Below are positions 36,789 to 49,381 of a stretch of 64,000 nucleotides of DNA, one piece after another. A program made the translations under genes and the position numbers. This stretch comes from Malacoraja senta. Lineage: Eukaryota. Under the pieces are notes generated by a model. It was given only the letters and a program-made list of their open reading frames with translations, had not been told where the DNA came from and made no database searches. The stretch covers positions 7,318,001 through 7,382,000 of the forward strand of contig CM075993.1 of the NCBI GenBank assembly GCA_038087875.1, given 5' to 3'. Each line of letters starts with the position of its first letter. Within the stretch, counting starts at the first letter, position 1.

Positions 36789-36991
36789 CTGCAACCAAAA
36801 GGAATCAATTTAATCATAAGTAATGTTCAGAACATTTTCTGGCACCAGTAATGAAAACTTGCAAAATTATACTGGGCAATTTCACACGTAAATCTCATAT
36901 AATCATAGAATTCAGGAAACCCTATTTGACAAAGATTGTAATATAAACAAATACTCATCAGAACGAGATTTGTGCAGCAGGAGATCAGTTA

Positions 36992-37521
36992 AGGGGCTGT
37001 CCCACTTGGGCGACCTAATCCGCGAGTTCTGGCGAGTTTGCCCTCGACACATACTCGCAGCATGGTCGACACGAGGTCGTAGGAGGTCTTTGTAACTCTC
37101 CTTCATGCTCGAGAGTGGTCTCCGCGTACTCGAGACCTCAGCTAGGTCGCGGTGTATTTTTCAATATGTTAAAAAATGCCCGCGAGTAAAAAAAGGTCGC
37201 CATGGAAAAAATCGATACTTTTTTTACTCGTAGGTTTAGTCGTAGTAGGTCGGCATGTTAGTCGTAGGTAATCGAGGGTAGTCGAAGGTAATCGTAGATA
37301 ATCTTCGACATAATCGAAGGGAGGTCGAAGGAGGTCGTCTTCACTCTCCACTATTTGGTGTCCAATTTTCCCGAAGTTAGTCGTAGCTGGTTGTAGCTAG
37401 TCGAAGCTAGTCTTCAACATAGTCAAAGGAGGTCGAAGGAGGTCTTCAACATGACATTTTTTCAAACTCTCCTAAACTCTTCTAAACTCGCCAAATAGGT
37501 CGCCCAAGTGGGACAGACCCT
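36992..37521. mobile_element. Harbinger-type MITE (long subfamily)
   Basis: TIR AGGGGCTGTCCCACTTGGGCGA ... TCGCCCAAGTGGGACAGACCCT, with TTA/TAA flanks. Confidence 0.85.
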
Positions 37522-38279
37522 TAATGGGAACATAATTACTGGTGGAATTTGGGTTGGTTGTTGGTGAGACATTACACAAGTACAAATATACACACAAAAT
37601 TAATATTTTGAAGGTAAAGTTATGCCGACAAATTGAAAGGAAATGTAGTGCTTTTGGAGTATGCAATACAATATGCCCATACATCTCTCCAAGGTGAATC
37701 TGTACTAGAATAGTAATGTACAGTGTTTCAGCACACAAGTCTTAAACCTTCACACATTGAAGCTTCAACAGCCAAAAGCCTGCAAAACAACCAAATCAGT
37801 GGGTATTTTGAGGAAATGGAAGGAACAAAGTGAAATCATTGATAGTGTCCATAGGTATCACAGATTCCACACTGTTTTGACATGGAACATTTAGCAATTC
37901 TATCGCCAAGGACTGCTCTCACCCCAACCACAGACTGTTTACCCTCCTACCATCCGGGAGGCGCTACAGGTCTCTCCGTTGCCGGACCAGCAGGTCCAGG
38001 AACAGCTTCTTCCCTGCGGCTGTTACACTACTCAACACTGTACCTCGGTGACTGCCAATCACCCCCCCCTCCACCCCCCACCCACCCCCGGACACTCCTC
38101 CCACCAGGAAAAAATACCATGACTGTATGCACGTAAATAGATTTATTTATTGCTCATATTTATGTCGCTCTTCTAGGGAGATGCTAACTGCATTCCGTTG
38201 TCTCTGTACTGTACACTGCACAATGACAATAAAGTTGAATCTGAGTTCATTCAACAAGACTCGGAGAAGCTGAAGTCCG

Positions 38280-38972
38280 TCCCACCCCTCTCTCCTCACC
38301 CCTCTCTCTCTCCTCCCCTCCTCCCACCCCCACCCCTTCTCCCTCCACACTCTTCCCCCTCCCTCCCCTACCCCATCTCCCTAATCCCCTCCCTCCCCAC
38401 CTCCCCCACACCTCTCTCCCCTTCCCCACCCCTCTCCCCACCCCCTTCCCTCTCTCCCCACACCCCCTTCCCCCCCCCCCACTCTTCCCCATCCCTCCAC
38501 ACTCTTACCCCTCTCTCCCCTACCCCATCTCCCTCCTCCCCCTCCCTCACACCTCTCTCCCCTTCCCCTCTCTCCTCCCCTCCCCACCGCTCTCTCCTCC
38601 CCCTCTCCATCTCCCTCTCCTCACCCCTCCCTCTCACCCCCATCCCTCTCTCCCCCACCCCCCTTCCCTCTCTCCCCCTGCCCCCCTCCCTCCCCACTCT
38701 TCCACTTCTCTCCCCCTTCCCCACCCCTCTCCCTCCCCCACCCTCCCTCCCCCCTCCCCATCCCTTCCCCCTACCCCTCTGTCCCTCTTCCACCACTCCC
38801 CCTACCCCTCTCCCCCTCCCTCCCCACTCTTCCACTTCTCTCCCCCCTTCCCCCACCCCTCTCCCTCCCCCACCCTCTCTCTCCCTCCACCCCCTTCCCC
38901 TACCCCTCTCTCCCTCTTCCACCACCCCCCTACCCCTCTCACCCTCCCTCTCTCTCACTTCCACCACTCCCC
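38280..38972. repeat. About 690-bp C/T-rich low-complexity tract
   Basis: Nearly G-free CCCT/CTCC/CCCA repeats. Confidence 0.95.
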
Positions 38973-39073
38973 GCCTGTGTGTTTGGGGGGTGGTTAGTGT
39001 GAGTGTGACGCCGCATCCCCCCCCCACAAACGCGCGTTGGGGAGACAGACCCAACGGGTCTGCACTTGGTCTA
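38973..39073 (+). mobile_element. 3' end of a related Helitron
   Basis: Same terminus as the 45459 element: CAGACCCAACGGGTCTGCACTTGGTCTA. Confidence 0.6.
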
Positions 39074-41659
39074 TATTTAAAGCTGTTAAATATATATTAC
39101 AGTGCTCATCAGACGTTGTTATATATTCAGCCAAACCAGCCCTGTATCTCATATTTCTATTAATTTCAGATGCTGTTCTTCTCTGAAGAAGACACAAAAT
39201 GCTGGAGTAAGTCAGCGGGTCAGGAAGCATCTCTGGAGAACATGGATAGGTGATGTTCCGGGTCGGGAGCCGTCTTCATGCAGGGAGACCCTCTCTCACT
39301 GCTCCCCCTCTGTGATCCAGTGTGACACCCTCTTACTCTTCTCCGAGCTGTATGGCCTGGCGATGCACCTTTTGTTATTTACTCACCTTTACCATCCTCT
39401 TTCAACTGGTTCACCGGCACTTATTTAATCTCCCCTGCCTTCTTCCCGCCCCTTCGCTTTGCAACTTAAGGTTTGTTTTATCTCTAACTTTTCCCTGCTC
39501 TCTTGAAAGGTCCCTGTGACCGCGAGTCCGTGGTTTAGTTAATTGGCTTCAGTAAAATTGTAAATTCTCTCTAGTGTGTAAGATAGTGCTAGTGTACGGG
39601 GTGATCGCTGCTCACCATGGACTTGGTCGGGCCCGTATCTCTGCGTTGTATCTCTAAAGTCTAAAGTGTTAACCTGTGGAACTCTGTCAGAAAGGCATTG
39701 AAGTTCAGTCGCTGAATATAGTCACGATGGGAGAACATTTCCAGACATGAAAGGCATCAAGGTGTATTGGGGGGGGGGGGGGGGAAGAGAAATAACACGG
39801 TATTGACTTAGTGGACTAGCCATGATTGTGCTCAACAGCAGGGTAGCAATTCATTTTTTCCAATTTGCTCCTGAAAATAAATAAGTTTACAGACATAATT
39901 CTCCATTTCGGCAGGTAGGACTAGTGTAGCTGGGACATTTGAAGGTAGACAAAAGTGCTGGAGAAACTCAGTGGGTGCGGCAGCATCTATGGAGCGAAGG
40001 AAATAGGCAAAGTTTCGGGCCAAAACCCTTCTTCGGACCCTTCTGGGACATTTTATGGACAGGTGGGACTTGTGTAGATGGGACATGTTTGTCAGCATGG
40101 GCAAGTTGGGCCGAAGGGTTCGTTTCCACGCTGTATGACTCGAACCCTTTCCCACTACACTAACACACAACGGTCAAGCAACCATGCCCAGAATAAACAT
40201 GTAGCATTACAAAGAACAACCCGAACTCTGACCTGCAATTCAGCCCCAAATCCAGTATATATAGTGCGGGAAATTTTATTTCACATTTTTCACAGCAAAA
40301 TGGAGGAACAAGTAGGAAGGACACGCATTCCATTGAATTTTTGACCAGCCTTTCAGAATACAGCGTGGCAGCTAGTGGAGTTGCTGCCTGTCAGCTCCAG
40401 TGGCCTGTGCTCAATCCTGACTGTTAGTGCTGCCTGTTGCAGTTGTACATTCACCATATGGGTTTCCCCCGGGTGCTCTGGCTTCCGCCCACATCACAAA
40501 GACACGTGGTAGGTTGATTAGCCACTGTAAACTGGCCCCTTGCCCGTGTTGGCGAGCATTAGAACCAGGCGGACATGGAGGTGAATTGTAGGGAGAGTTC
40601 CACAGGTTAACCCTTTAGACCTTAGAGATAAAGCACAGAAACGGGCCCTTCGGCCCACCAAGTCCGCGCCGGCCAGCGATCATCCCGTACACTAGCACTA
40701 TCTTATACACTAGGGATGAGTGTAAATGGGCGGTTGATAGTCGGCAGACAGAAGGACCCGTTTCCATGGTGCGTGAGTCAGTGATTATATCCTTCAAATT
40801 GATTCACAGGGAAATCTTATTTGCCACTAATATACCTCAGCAGAACATAACAACGGGGCAACAGTGTCATTCTTAAACTGCTTGATTTAAGTAGTGAGCA
40901 AGCGCAAATTAATGTTTCTACAGCAACAGAATTCTGAGGTTAAATTGCCTCAGGCCATAAGAACATAACGGAAATCAAACATGATCTAAATGCATACTTA
41001 AACACACTACAAGTTTCCAACATCCATATCCAAAATGTTCTAATATTCAAACTAATCAATGTTCCAATTTTCAGACTAATCAATATTTTAATACTTGCAC
41101 AAAAACAGTTAGGTAATGAGGGGATAAGGATAATCATGTTATGTAGGAACTGCAGATTGCTGGGTTACACCGATGTTTCAGGTCAAGACCCTTCTTCAGT
41201 CTGAAGGGTCTCGACCTGAAACGTCACCTATTCCTTTTCTCCAGCTGCCTGACCCGCTGAGTTACTCCAGTATTTTGCGTCTATTTTCAGGATTATCATG
41301 TTACCAAGTCTCATCAACACTAATGTGTAGGAAAGAACTGCCAATGCTGGTTTAAATCGAAGATAGACACAAAATTCTGGAGTAACTCAGCGGGACAGGC
41401 AGCTTCTCTGGAGAGAAGGAATGGGTGACGTTTCGGGTTGAGACCCTTCTTCAGACACTCACCAACACTATGTTCCGAAGAAGGGTCTCGACCCAAAATG
41501 TCACCCATTCGTTGTTGTTGGGGATGCATTCCCACCCAAATACAACGTTGAAACAGCAAGATGTTGAGGTGACGTTACTGTCCACATCTGCTTTCTCCCC
41601 ACATACTCCTGGGCTTTATTTGTTAAAATACCCAGGTCATCACAACCCATTTAGCACAT

Positions 41660-41990
41660 GGGCAGCACAGTGGGACAAGCGGTAAAGCTGCTACCTCACA
41701 GCGCCAGAGATCTGGGTTCGATCCTGACCTTGGGTGCTATCTGTGTGGAGTTTGCCCGTTCTCCCTGTGTCCGCGTGGGTTTTCTCCGGGTGCTCCGGTT
41801 TCCTCCCACATCCTAAAGACAAGCTGGTTTGTACGTTAATTGGCCTCTGTAAAATAAATTTCCACTAGTGTGTAGGGAGTGAACTAGGTGGGACAACATA
41901 GAACTAGTGTGAGCGGGTGCTTGATGGTGGTTTGGCATGGTCTCGGTGGGCCTAAGAGTATGTTTCCGCGCTGCATCTCTAAACTAAACA
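41660..41990 (+). mobile_element. V-SINE
   Basis: Diagnostic motifs. Confidence 0.82.
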
Positions 41991-42625
41991 TTTTAGTGTG
42001 TCTGCATTATGTGAAAGCAGTCAGAGTGGGATTGATGGGCTGAATGGCCTGTTTTGTTCTGAGAGATTCTAAATTAATACCGTGCGGAGCAGTATCAAGG
42101 TCAAGGTGACCGTTACTGCTTGCAACCTCTCAGTGTGTGTGCGTGACGAGGCTGCAGTTGTGCCCAGCAGTTCTTGCCCGGAACTGACAAAGGACAAAAA
42201 ATGATTAGAGATGAATATTCTACTTGCACATGCATGACATTTATGCAAATTCAAAAATAAAATAATATTTGTTTCAGCTGATTTCACATAGCAACCAGGA
42301 TACGTCTGTCTGCTCTGTGGGGTTCTGACTAAGGCAGGTGAACTGCGCAATATGGATTATAAATCTGACAATTTGAAATAATGAATTAAAGTGTTACATG
42401 CCCACGCACAAGACACTCAGTAACTGATCTTTACCAGTCACATCTAACCCTCACAAGAGTTGCTAAGCAAGCTTCTGTATGTGCAGGAAACTTTCCTTTG
42501 ATTTAGATTTAATGGCAGTGGGAGCAATTTTATTGCTTGATTAGGTCAAGCTTTGAGCAACACGAGAACGGACAAGGTGCGCAATATCATCATTTATTTA
42601 AGATGGACGCAAAATGCCGGAGTAA

Positions 42626-42939
42626 TAGCCCTGTCCCACGGTACGAGTTCATTCCAAGAGTTCTCCCGAGTTTGCCCTGATTCGAACTCGGAGATTTACG
42701 GTAATGGCCACTCGTCGGTACTCAGGGCTCTCGTGGACATTTTTCATCATGTTGAAAAATCTTCACGAGTCATCCCGAGCTTAACTGCCAAGTCTTCCCA
42801 AGTAGCTGCCGTTGCCGCTAAGAGACGTCCCCGAGCTCCGACGTACCCGCTACGTTCATTCTCCGTGCTTACCACGAGTTTGATTTTTTTTAAACTCGGG
42901 AGAGCTCTTGGAATGAACTCGTACCATGGGACAGGGCTT
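42626..42939. mobile_element. Harbinger-type MITE nested in a Penelope-derived fold-back repeat
   Basis: TIR AGCCCTGTCCCACGGTACGAGTTCATTCCAAGAG, with a TAA TSD splitting GGAG-TAA-CTCAGC. Confidence 0.85.
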
Positions 42940-43728
42940 TAACTCAGCGGGACAGGCAGCATCTCTGGAGAGAAGGAATGGGTGACGTTTCGAGTCGAGA
43001 CTCTGCTTCAGTCTGAAGAAGGGTCTCGACCCGAAACGTCACCCATTCCTTCTCAGAGATGCTGCCTGTCCCGCTGAGTTACTCCAGCATTTTGTGCCTA
43101 GCTTCGGTTTAAACCAGCATCGACAGTTCCTTCCTCCACATTTATTGAACTCAGTCAAGTGCAAAGTGATGCATTTAGAGAAGTTAAGCCAAGGCTGGAC
43201 ATACACAGTGAGCGGCAGGACCTGTGGAGTGTTGTAGAACAGAAAGTCGAAGAAGACTAAATGCAGAGTTCCCTGAAAGTGGCAACACAGTTAGACAGGA
43301 TGGTGAAGAAGACATACAAGGGTTCTGATGTTATGTTACAGCTGTACAGTTAAACTTTACAGGGAAAACTAGGTGACACGTCTGTGCAGTACCAATGGGA
43401 ATGTCACTGTCTGAGGTATCATTTTGGATGAAATGATAAAATAATTTATCCTTATTCTCACAAATGGACATAAAAGATCCCGTTCAAAGGAGAGCTACCT
43501 CAATCTATCTCAATAAACTTTATGTTGAAATAATCAGACTCACACATAGTGATTAGAATGCATAGTCTTTTATTAGCAACTCTGCGGAGGAAACTCTAGG
43601 TGCTTTCGTCTCCATGCATTCAGCTAGTCTAACTAGAGAGAGAGAGAGAGAGAACTCACTATCAAGCCTGTGGGCGGATCAGCAGTATGTGACATGAGGA
43701 ATGTGTAGCATGCAATATCTGTGTGGTA

Positions 43729-43789
<61 letters not shown>

Positions 43790-45402
43790 CAGTGGCTTGC
43801 AAAAGTATTCATACCCCTTGAACTTTTCCACATTCTGTCACGTTACAACCACAAACGTAAATGTATTTTATTGGGATTTTATGTGATAGACCAACACAAA
43901 GTGGCGCATAATTGTGAAGTGGAAGGAAAATGATACATGGTTTTCAAATTTTTTTACAAATAAAAAACTGAAAAGAGTCGCGTGCAAAAGTATTCAGCCC
44001 CCTTTACTCTGATACCCCTAAATAAAATCCAGTGCAACCAATTGCCTTCAGAAGTCACCTAATTAGTAAATAGAGTCCACTTGTGTGTAATCTAATCTCA
44101 GTATAAATACAGCTGTTCTGTGAAGACCTCAGAGGTTTGTTAGAGAACATTAGTGAACAAACAGCATCATGAAGCCCAAGGAACACACCAGACAGGTCAG
44201 GGATACAGTTGTGGAGAAGCTTAAAGCAGGGTTAGGTTATAAAAAAATATCCCAAGCTTTGAACATCTCACGGAGCACTGTTCAATCCATCATCAGAAAA
44301 TGGAAAGAGTATGGCACAACTGCAAACCTACCAAGACATGGCCGTCCAGCTAAACTGACAGGCCGGGCAAGGAGAGCATTGATCAGAGAAGCAGCCAAGA
44401 GGCCCATGGTAACTCTGGAGCAGCTGCAGAGATCCACAGCTCAGGTGGGAGAATCTGTCCACGTGACAACTATTAGTCGTGCACTCCACAAATCGGGCCT
44501 TTATGGAAGAGTGGCAAGAAGAAAGCCATTGTTGAAAAAAAGCCATAAGAAGTCCCGTTTGCAGTTTGCCACAAGCCATGTGGGGGACACAGCAAACATG
44601 TGGAGGAAGGTGCTCTGGTCAGATGAGACCAAAATGGAAGTTTTTGGCCTAAATGCAAAACGGTATGTGTGGCGGAAACCTAGCACTGCACATCACCCTG
44701 AACACACCATCCCCACTGTGAAACATGGTGGTGGCAGCATCATGCTGTGGGGATGCTTTTCTTCAGCAGGGACAGGGAAGCTGGTCAGAGTTGATGGGAA
44801 GATGGATGGAGCCAAATACAGGGCAATCTTGGAAGAAAACCTGTTAGAGTCTGCAAAAGACTTGAGACTGGGGCGGAGGTTCACCTTCCAGCAGAACAAC
44901 GACCCTATACATATAGCCAGAGCTACAATGGAATGGTTTAGATCAAAGCATATTCATGTGTTAGAATGGCCCAGTCAAAGTCCAGACCTAAATCCAATTG
45001 AGAATCTCTGGCAAGACTTGAAAATTACTGTTCACAGACGCTCTCCATCCAATCTGACTGAGCTTGAGCTATTTTGCAAAGAATAATGGGCAAAAATTTC
45101 AGTCTCTAGATGTGCAAAGCTGGTAGAGACATACCCCAAAAGACTTGCAGCTGTAATTGCAGCGAAAGGTGGTTCTACAAAGTATTGACTCAGGGGGGCT
45201 GAATACTTTTGCACGCGACACTTTTCAGTTTTTTATTTGTAAATTTGAAAACCATGTATCATTTTCCTTCCACTTCACAATTATGCACCACTTTGTGTTG
45301 GTCTATCACATAAAATCCCAATAAAATACATTTACGTTTGTGGTTGTAACGTGACAAAATGTGGAAAAGTTCAAGGAGTATGAAAACGTTTGCAAGCCAC
45401 TG
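43790..45402 (+). mobile_element. Full-length Tc1/mariner DNA transposon (IR/DR type, Passport-like), 1613 bp
   Basis: About 210-bp terminal inverted repeats (TIRs), CAGTGGCTTGC...GCAAGCCACTG, with internal direct repeats (GCAAAAGTATTCA at about 43799 and 43984). Preceded by TA; the right flank is CA. Inserted in a TA/CA microsatellite. Confidence 0.97.
44169..45188 (+). pseudogene. Tc1 DD34E transposase, 339 codons, inactivated
   Basis: Paired-like HTH, GRP, WSDETK, FQQ[N]ND, SPDLNPIE. Premature TAA at 45084-45086; the frame continues to ...GGSTKY* (45186-45188). The second catalytic Asp is changed to Asn. Confidence 0.95.
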
Positions 45403-45419
45403 CATATATATGTATATAT

Positions 45420-45456
<37 letters not shown>

Positions 45457-45458
45457 CA

Positions 45459-45851
45459 CTAGACCAAGTGCAGACCCGTTGGGTCTGGACCCCGAACGTG
45501 CTTCAGACCCCGGGGCGAAAATCGCTAGCGAAAGAAAAAAAATTGCGTCGTTTTTGGAGCAGAGCCGGTCGGCAGCAGCCGTTATGGTGGCTGGCCATCA
45601 GGAGGAGACAAAATGAGTGAGTGGGGAGGGGGGGAACAAGGATTTTATTATAAATGTGTACATAAACATGACGAAATGTAATCAGGAGTGGATACTTGGA
45701 ATGAAAAGTGAAATCTCTACCGAAATGGAAAAAATCTCGGCGTTTCTGCGTGTGGTGTTGGTGTAGCAACGAATCAAAGGAAGGCTGGCACCCACAAGCC
45801 AGGCAGAAACACACACAGCCAGAAACACGCACACAGAGTTTTAAATATAGA
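45459..45851 (-). mobile_element. Non-autonomous Helitron
   Basis: Minus strand a|TCTATATTTAAAAC ... CAGACCC-AAC-GGGTCTG hairpin, 8 nt, CTAG|t. It has 5' TC, 3' CTAG, an A/T target and no TSD. Confidence 0.75.
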
Positions 45852-45854
45852 TAT

Positions 45855-45889
<35 letters not shown>

Positions 45890-45902
45890 CACATATATAT
45901 AT

Positions 45903-45962
<60 letters not shown>

Positions 45963-46369
45963 AACACACTAATCTACACTTTACCAAAAGCAGTTCACCA
46001 CAGAGCTGCTTAAAATATCCTTTTGCGTGCAATTAGACGTTCAGTTTCCTCTATTTCAATAGCACCTTTTCAAATGCACTTCTCTGTCCAAATTTTTAAG
46101 ACATGGATAGGTGACGTTTGTAGACCTAATGAAGAGTCTCGACCCGATACGTCACCTATCCATGTTCTCCAGAGGTGCTGCCTGACCCGCTGAGTTACTC
46201 CAGCACTTGGTGTCCTCTTGTGAATTCACCAACATCTGAAGTTCTTTCAACACAGTTACAGGTCTCTTTTCTCTTCAGCTCCGATTGAATTCTACTGTAA
46301 ATAAAGTGCCTAATGATGCATCAGTAATTAAAGAAGGAACTGCAGTTCCTGCAGTTAACCGCAATAACT

Positions 46370-46672
46370 CAGCGAGCAACACCGGAAATTGGAGGAAATG
46401 CACCTCATATTCCGCTTGGGCAGTCTACATCCTGGGGGCATGAACATTGAATTCTCCCAATTCTGCTAGCCCTTGCTGTCTCCTTCCCTTCATCAGCCCT
46501 CTGGTTGTCTCCTCCCATCCCCCAGCCCTCGGGCTCCTCCTCCGCCTTTTTTCCTTTCTTCTCCCCACCCCCTATCAGTCTGAAGAAGGGTTTCGGCCCG
46601 AAACGTTGCCTATTTCCTTCGCTCCATAGATGCTGCTGCACCCGCTGAGTTTCTCCAGCATTTTTGTGTACC
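46370..46672 (+). mobile_element. Penelope-like element 3' fragment
   Basis: RKLEEMHLIFRLGSLHPGGMNIEFSQF* followed by a pyrimidine tract and the hammerhead-like motif. Confidence 0.8.
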
Positions 46673-47169
46673 ATGCATCAGTAATTGTTGCCTTCAGGAT
46701 GGAGTTGAGGAAGTGATTAAGAAGGAACTGCAGATGCTGGAAAATCCCAGGTACACAAAAATGCTGGAGAAACTCAGCGGGTGCAGCAGCATCTATGGAG
46801 CGAAGGAGATAGGCAACGTTTCGGGCCGAAACCCTTCTTCAGACTGTGTACTTTTTGTGTATCTGGGTTGAGGAAGTGAGCTGGGTGTCTGAGGTTGGGA
46901 TGGCTGCATGATGTGAATTGATGGTGATGGATCAGTATGGGTTATGACTCACTGATTCATCAGCAGTCCCACTGACCCATGGCAGTCTTGATAGCTGACA
47001 AACTGACATGGCCAACAGAAGCCGACATTATCAAAGGCCAGGATTCTTCACGCTTAGTATCACACAACTGACGATGCAGTGGATAGAACACCCCGCTGAG
47101 ATGGGAAGCTTGCAGTGCCATTTCATTAAACTATTTTTTCTTTTGGTAACTAAACTCAATAGTTCAATA

Positions 47170-47478
47170 GGGCGACACGGTGGCGCAGAGGTATAGTTGT
47201 TGCCTTACAGCGCCAGAGTCACGGGTTCGATCCTGACTACAGGCGCTTGTCTGTACCTTCTCCCCGTGACCTGCGTGGGCTTTCTCAGAGATCTTCGGGC
47301 TCCTCCCGCACTCCAAAGGCATACAGGTTTGTAGATTAATTGGCTTGGTGTATATGTAAAATTGTCACGTGTGTGTGGGATAGTGTTAATGTGCAGGGAT
47401 CGCTGGTCGGTGCGGACTCGGTGGGCCAAAGGGCCTGTTTCCTCGTTGTATCTAAACTAAACTAACCTAAACTAAACT
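47170..47478 (+). mobile_element. V-SINE
   Basis: Diagnostic motifs. Further copies lie near 7920, 10190, 27165, 35640, 48440, 50250 and 58800. Confidence 0.85.
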
Positions 47479-47569
47479 GTAGACTATACATCAGGTAGAG
47501 AGAAATTCTACCCCAATTAACTTTTCAGAATCTTAGCCTGCAGATGTAATTTGGCAGCAGACACAAGAT

Positions 47570-48180
47570 GTTTGTAGTGTTTAATAGCCTGATGGTTTTT
47601 GGGAAGAAGCTGCTCCTGAAATGTACATTCATTTTCAGGCTCCTGTGCCTTCTTCCCGATGGCAGGAGTGAAATGAGAGCATGGCCAGGGTGGTGTGGGT
47701 CTCTGATGATGCTGGCTGCCTTTTTAAGGCAGCGACGCCTGTAAATCCCTTCTATGGTGGGGAGGTCAGTACCTGTGATGGACTGGGCAGTGTTCACCAC
47801 CTTTTGCGATCTTCTTCGTTCCTGGGTGTTCAAGTTGCCGAACCAGGCTGTGACGCGACGCCAATATGACAAACTGAATCTCCTCCATCTTCTAAGGAAG
47901 TAGAGGCATTGATGGGCTTTCTTTATGATTGCATCAATGTTCTGGGTCCAGGACTGATCTTCGGAGATATGCACGCTCAGGAACTTGAAGCTTTTGACTC
48001 GCTCCGCCACCATCCTGTTGATGAAGACATGTTTGTGGATCCTTGTCCTTCCTCATCTAAAGTCAACAACCAGTTTCCTGGTTTTACTGATGTTGAGAGC
48101 AAGGTTGTTATTCTAGCACTATTCGGTCAGTCGATCGATCTACCCCCAATACTCTAACTCGTCATCATCCATAATTCATA
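47570..48180 (-). mobile_element. Rex1/Babar-type LINE RT C-terminal fragment
   Basis: VKSFKFLSVHISEDQSWTQNIDAIIKKAHQCLYFLRR...IIRDPHHPGHALISLLPSGRR...SFFPKTIRLLN. Confidence 0.8.
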
Positions 48181-48865
48181 CAACACAGTTTAAATAATAG
48201 TCTGCTTTTGCTTTTCCTACCAAAGTGGCTAACTTTGCATTTATTCACGTTATGTTACATCTACAATACATTTGCACAGTCACTTAATTTGTCTTAATTG
48301 CCTTGGGAATCTCTCTGTGTCCTCACAACTCATTCCACATCCTTAGGTAGGGTATTCAAACAGCAGCTCCCACCAATGGACATGTCCTCCACTTCCAAGG
48401 ACAAAAACAGTAGGCACAGGGGAATACCATTAACGGTAGAGCTGGCAGAGACTCGGGTTTGGTTCTGACCTCTGGAGCTGTCTGCGTGGAGTTCGCACAT
48501 TCCCCCTGTGACCACGGTGATTTCCTCCCACATCCAAAAAACGGGCAGGTTTGTGGATCAATTGGCCTCTGTAAATTATCCCTCGTATGTAGGGAGTGGA
48601 TGCGAAGGTGGGGATAACAGAGCACGAGTGTTAACAGATGATCGACTGTCGGCATGGACTCGGTGGGCCAAAGGGCCTGTTTCCATGCAATATGTCTACA
48701 TTAAACTAAAACTGATTGCTGTCTTCCAAGCTGTACCCCACCTCAGCTTGGAAGTATATTGCTCAGTTCAAACTGTAGAACACCGGACTCAACAGCTCCA
48801 TAGAAGTACATTCACCAGGACTGCAGCAAGGCAACTGCTCACCATAACCTTCTCAAGGAGAGTCA

Positions 48866-49381
48866 AGGGGCTGTCCCACTTGGGCGATCTAATTGGCGAG
48901 TTTAGAAGAGTTTGAAAAATGACGTTGAAGACCTCCTTCGACTATGTAGAAGACTAGCTTCGATTAGCTACGACTAACTTCAGGAAAATTGGACACCGAA
49001 TAGTGGAGAGTGAAGACGACCTCCTTCGATCTCCTTCGACCTCCCTTCGACTATGATGAAGACTATCTACGACTACCTTAGACTACTCTCGATTATCTAC
49101 GACTAACAAGCCGACCTACTACGACCTACTACGACTAAACCTAGAGTAAAAAAAGTATCATTTTTTCCATGGCGACCTTTTTTACTCGCGGGCATTTTTT
49201 TTAACATATTGAAAAAAACGCCGCGACCTAGCTGAGGCCTCGAGTACGTGGAGACCACTCTCGAGCATGAAGGAGAGTTACGAAGACCTCCTACGATCTT
49301 GTGTCGACCATGCTGCGAGTATGAGTCGAGGACAAACTCACCAGAACTCGCGGTTTAGCTCGCCCAAGTGGGACAGGCCCT
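48866..49381. mobile_element. Harbinger-type MITE, inverted copy of the 36992-37521 subfamily
   Basis: Same TIR; interior is the reverse complement of 36992-37521. Confidence 0.85.

Noticed and set aside
38198..39163. 321-aa Pro/Ser/Leu-rich ORF and 228-aa Gly/Arg/Glu-rich antisense ORF
   Set aside because: Translations of a low-complexity C/T tract.
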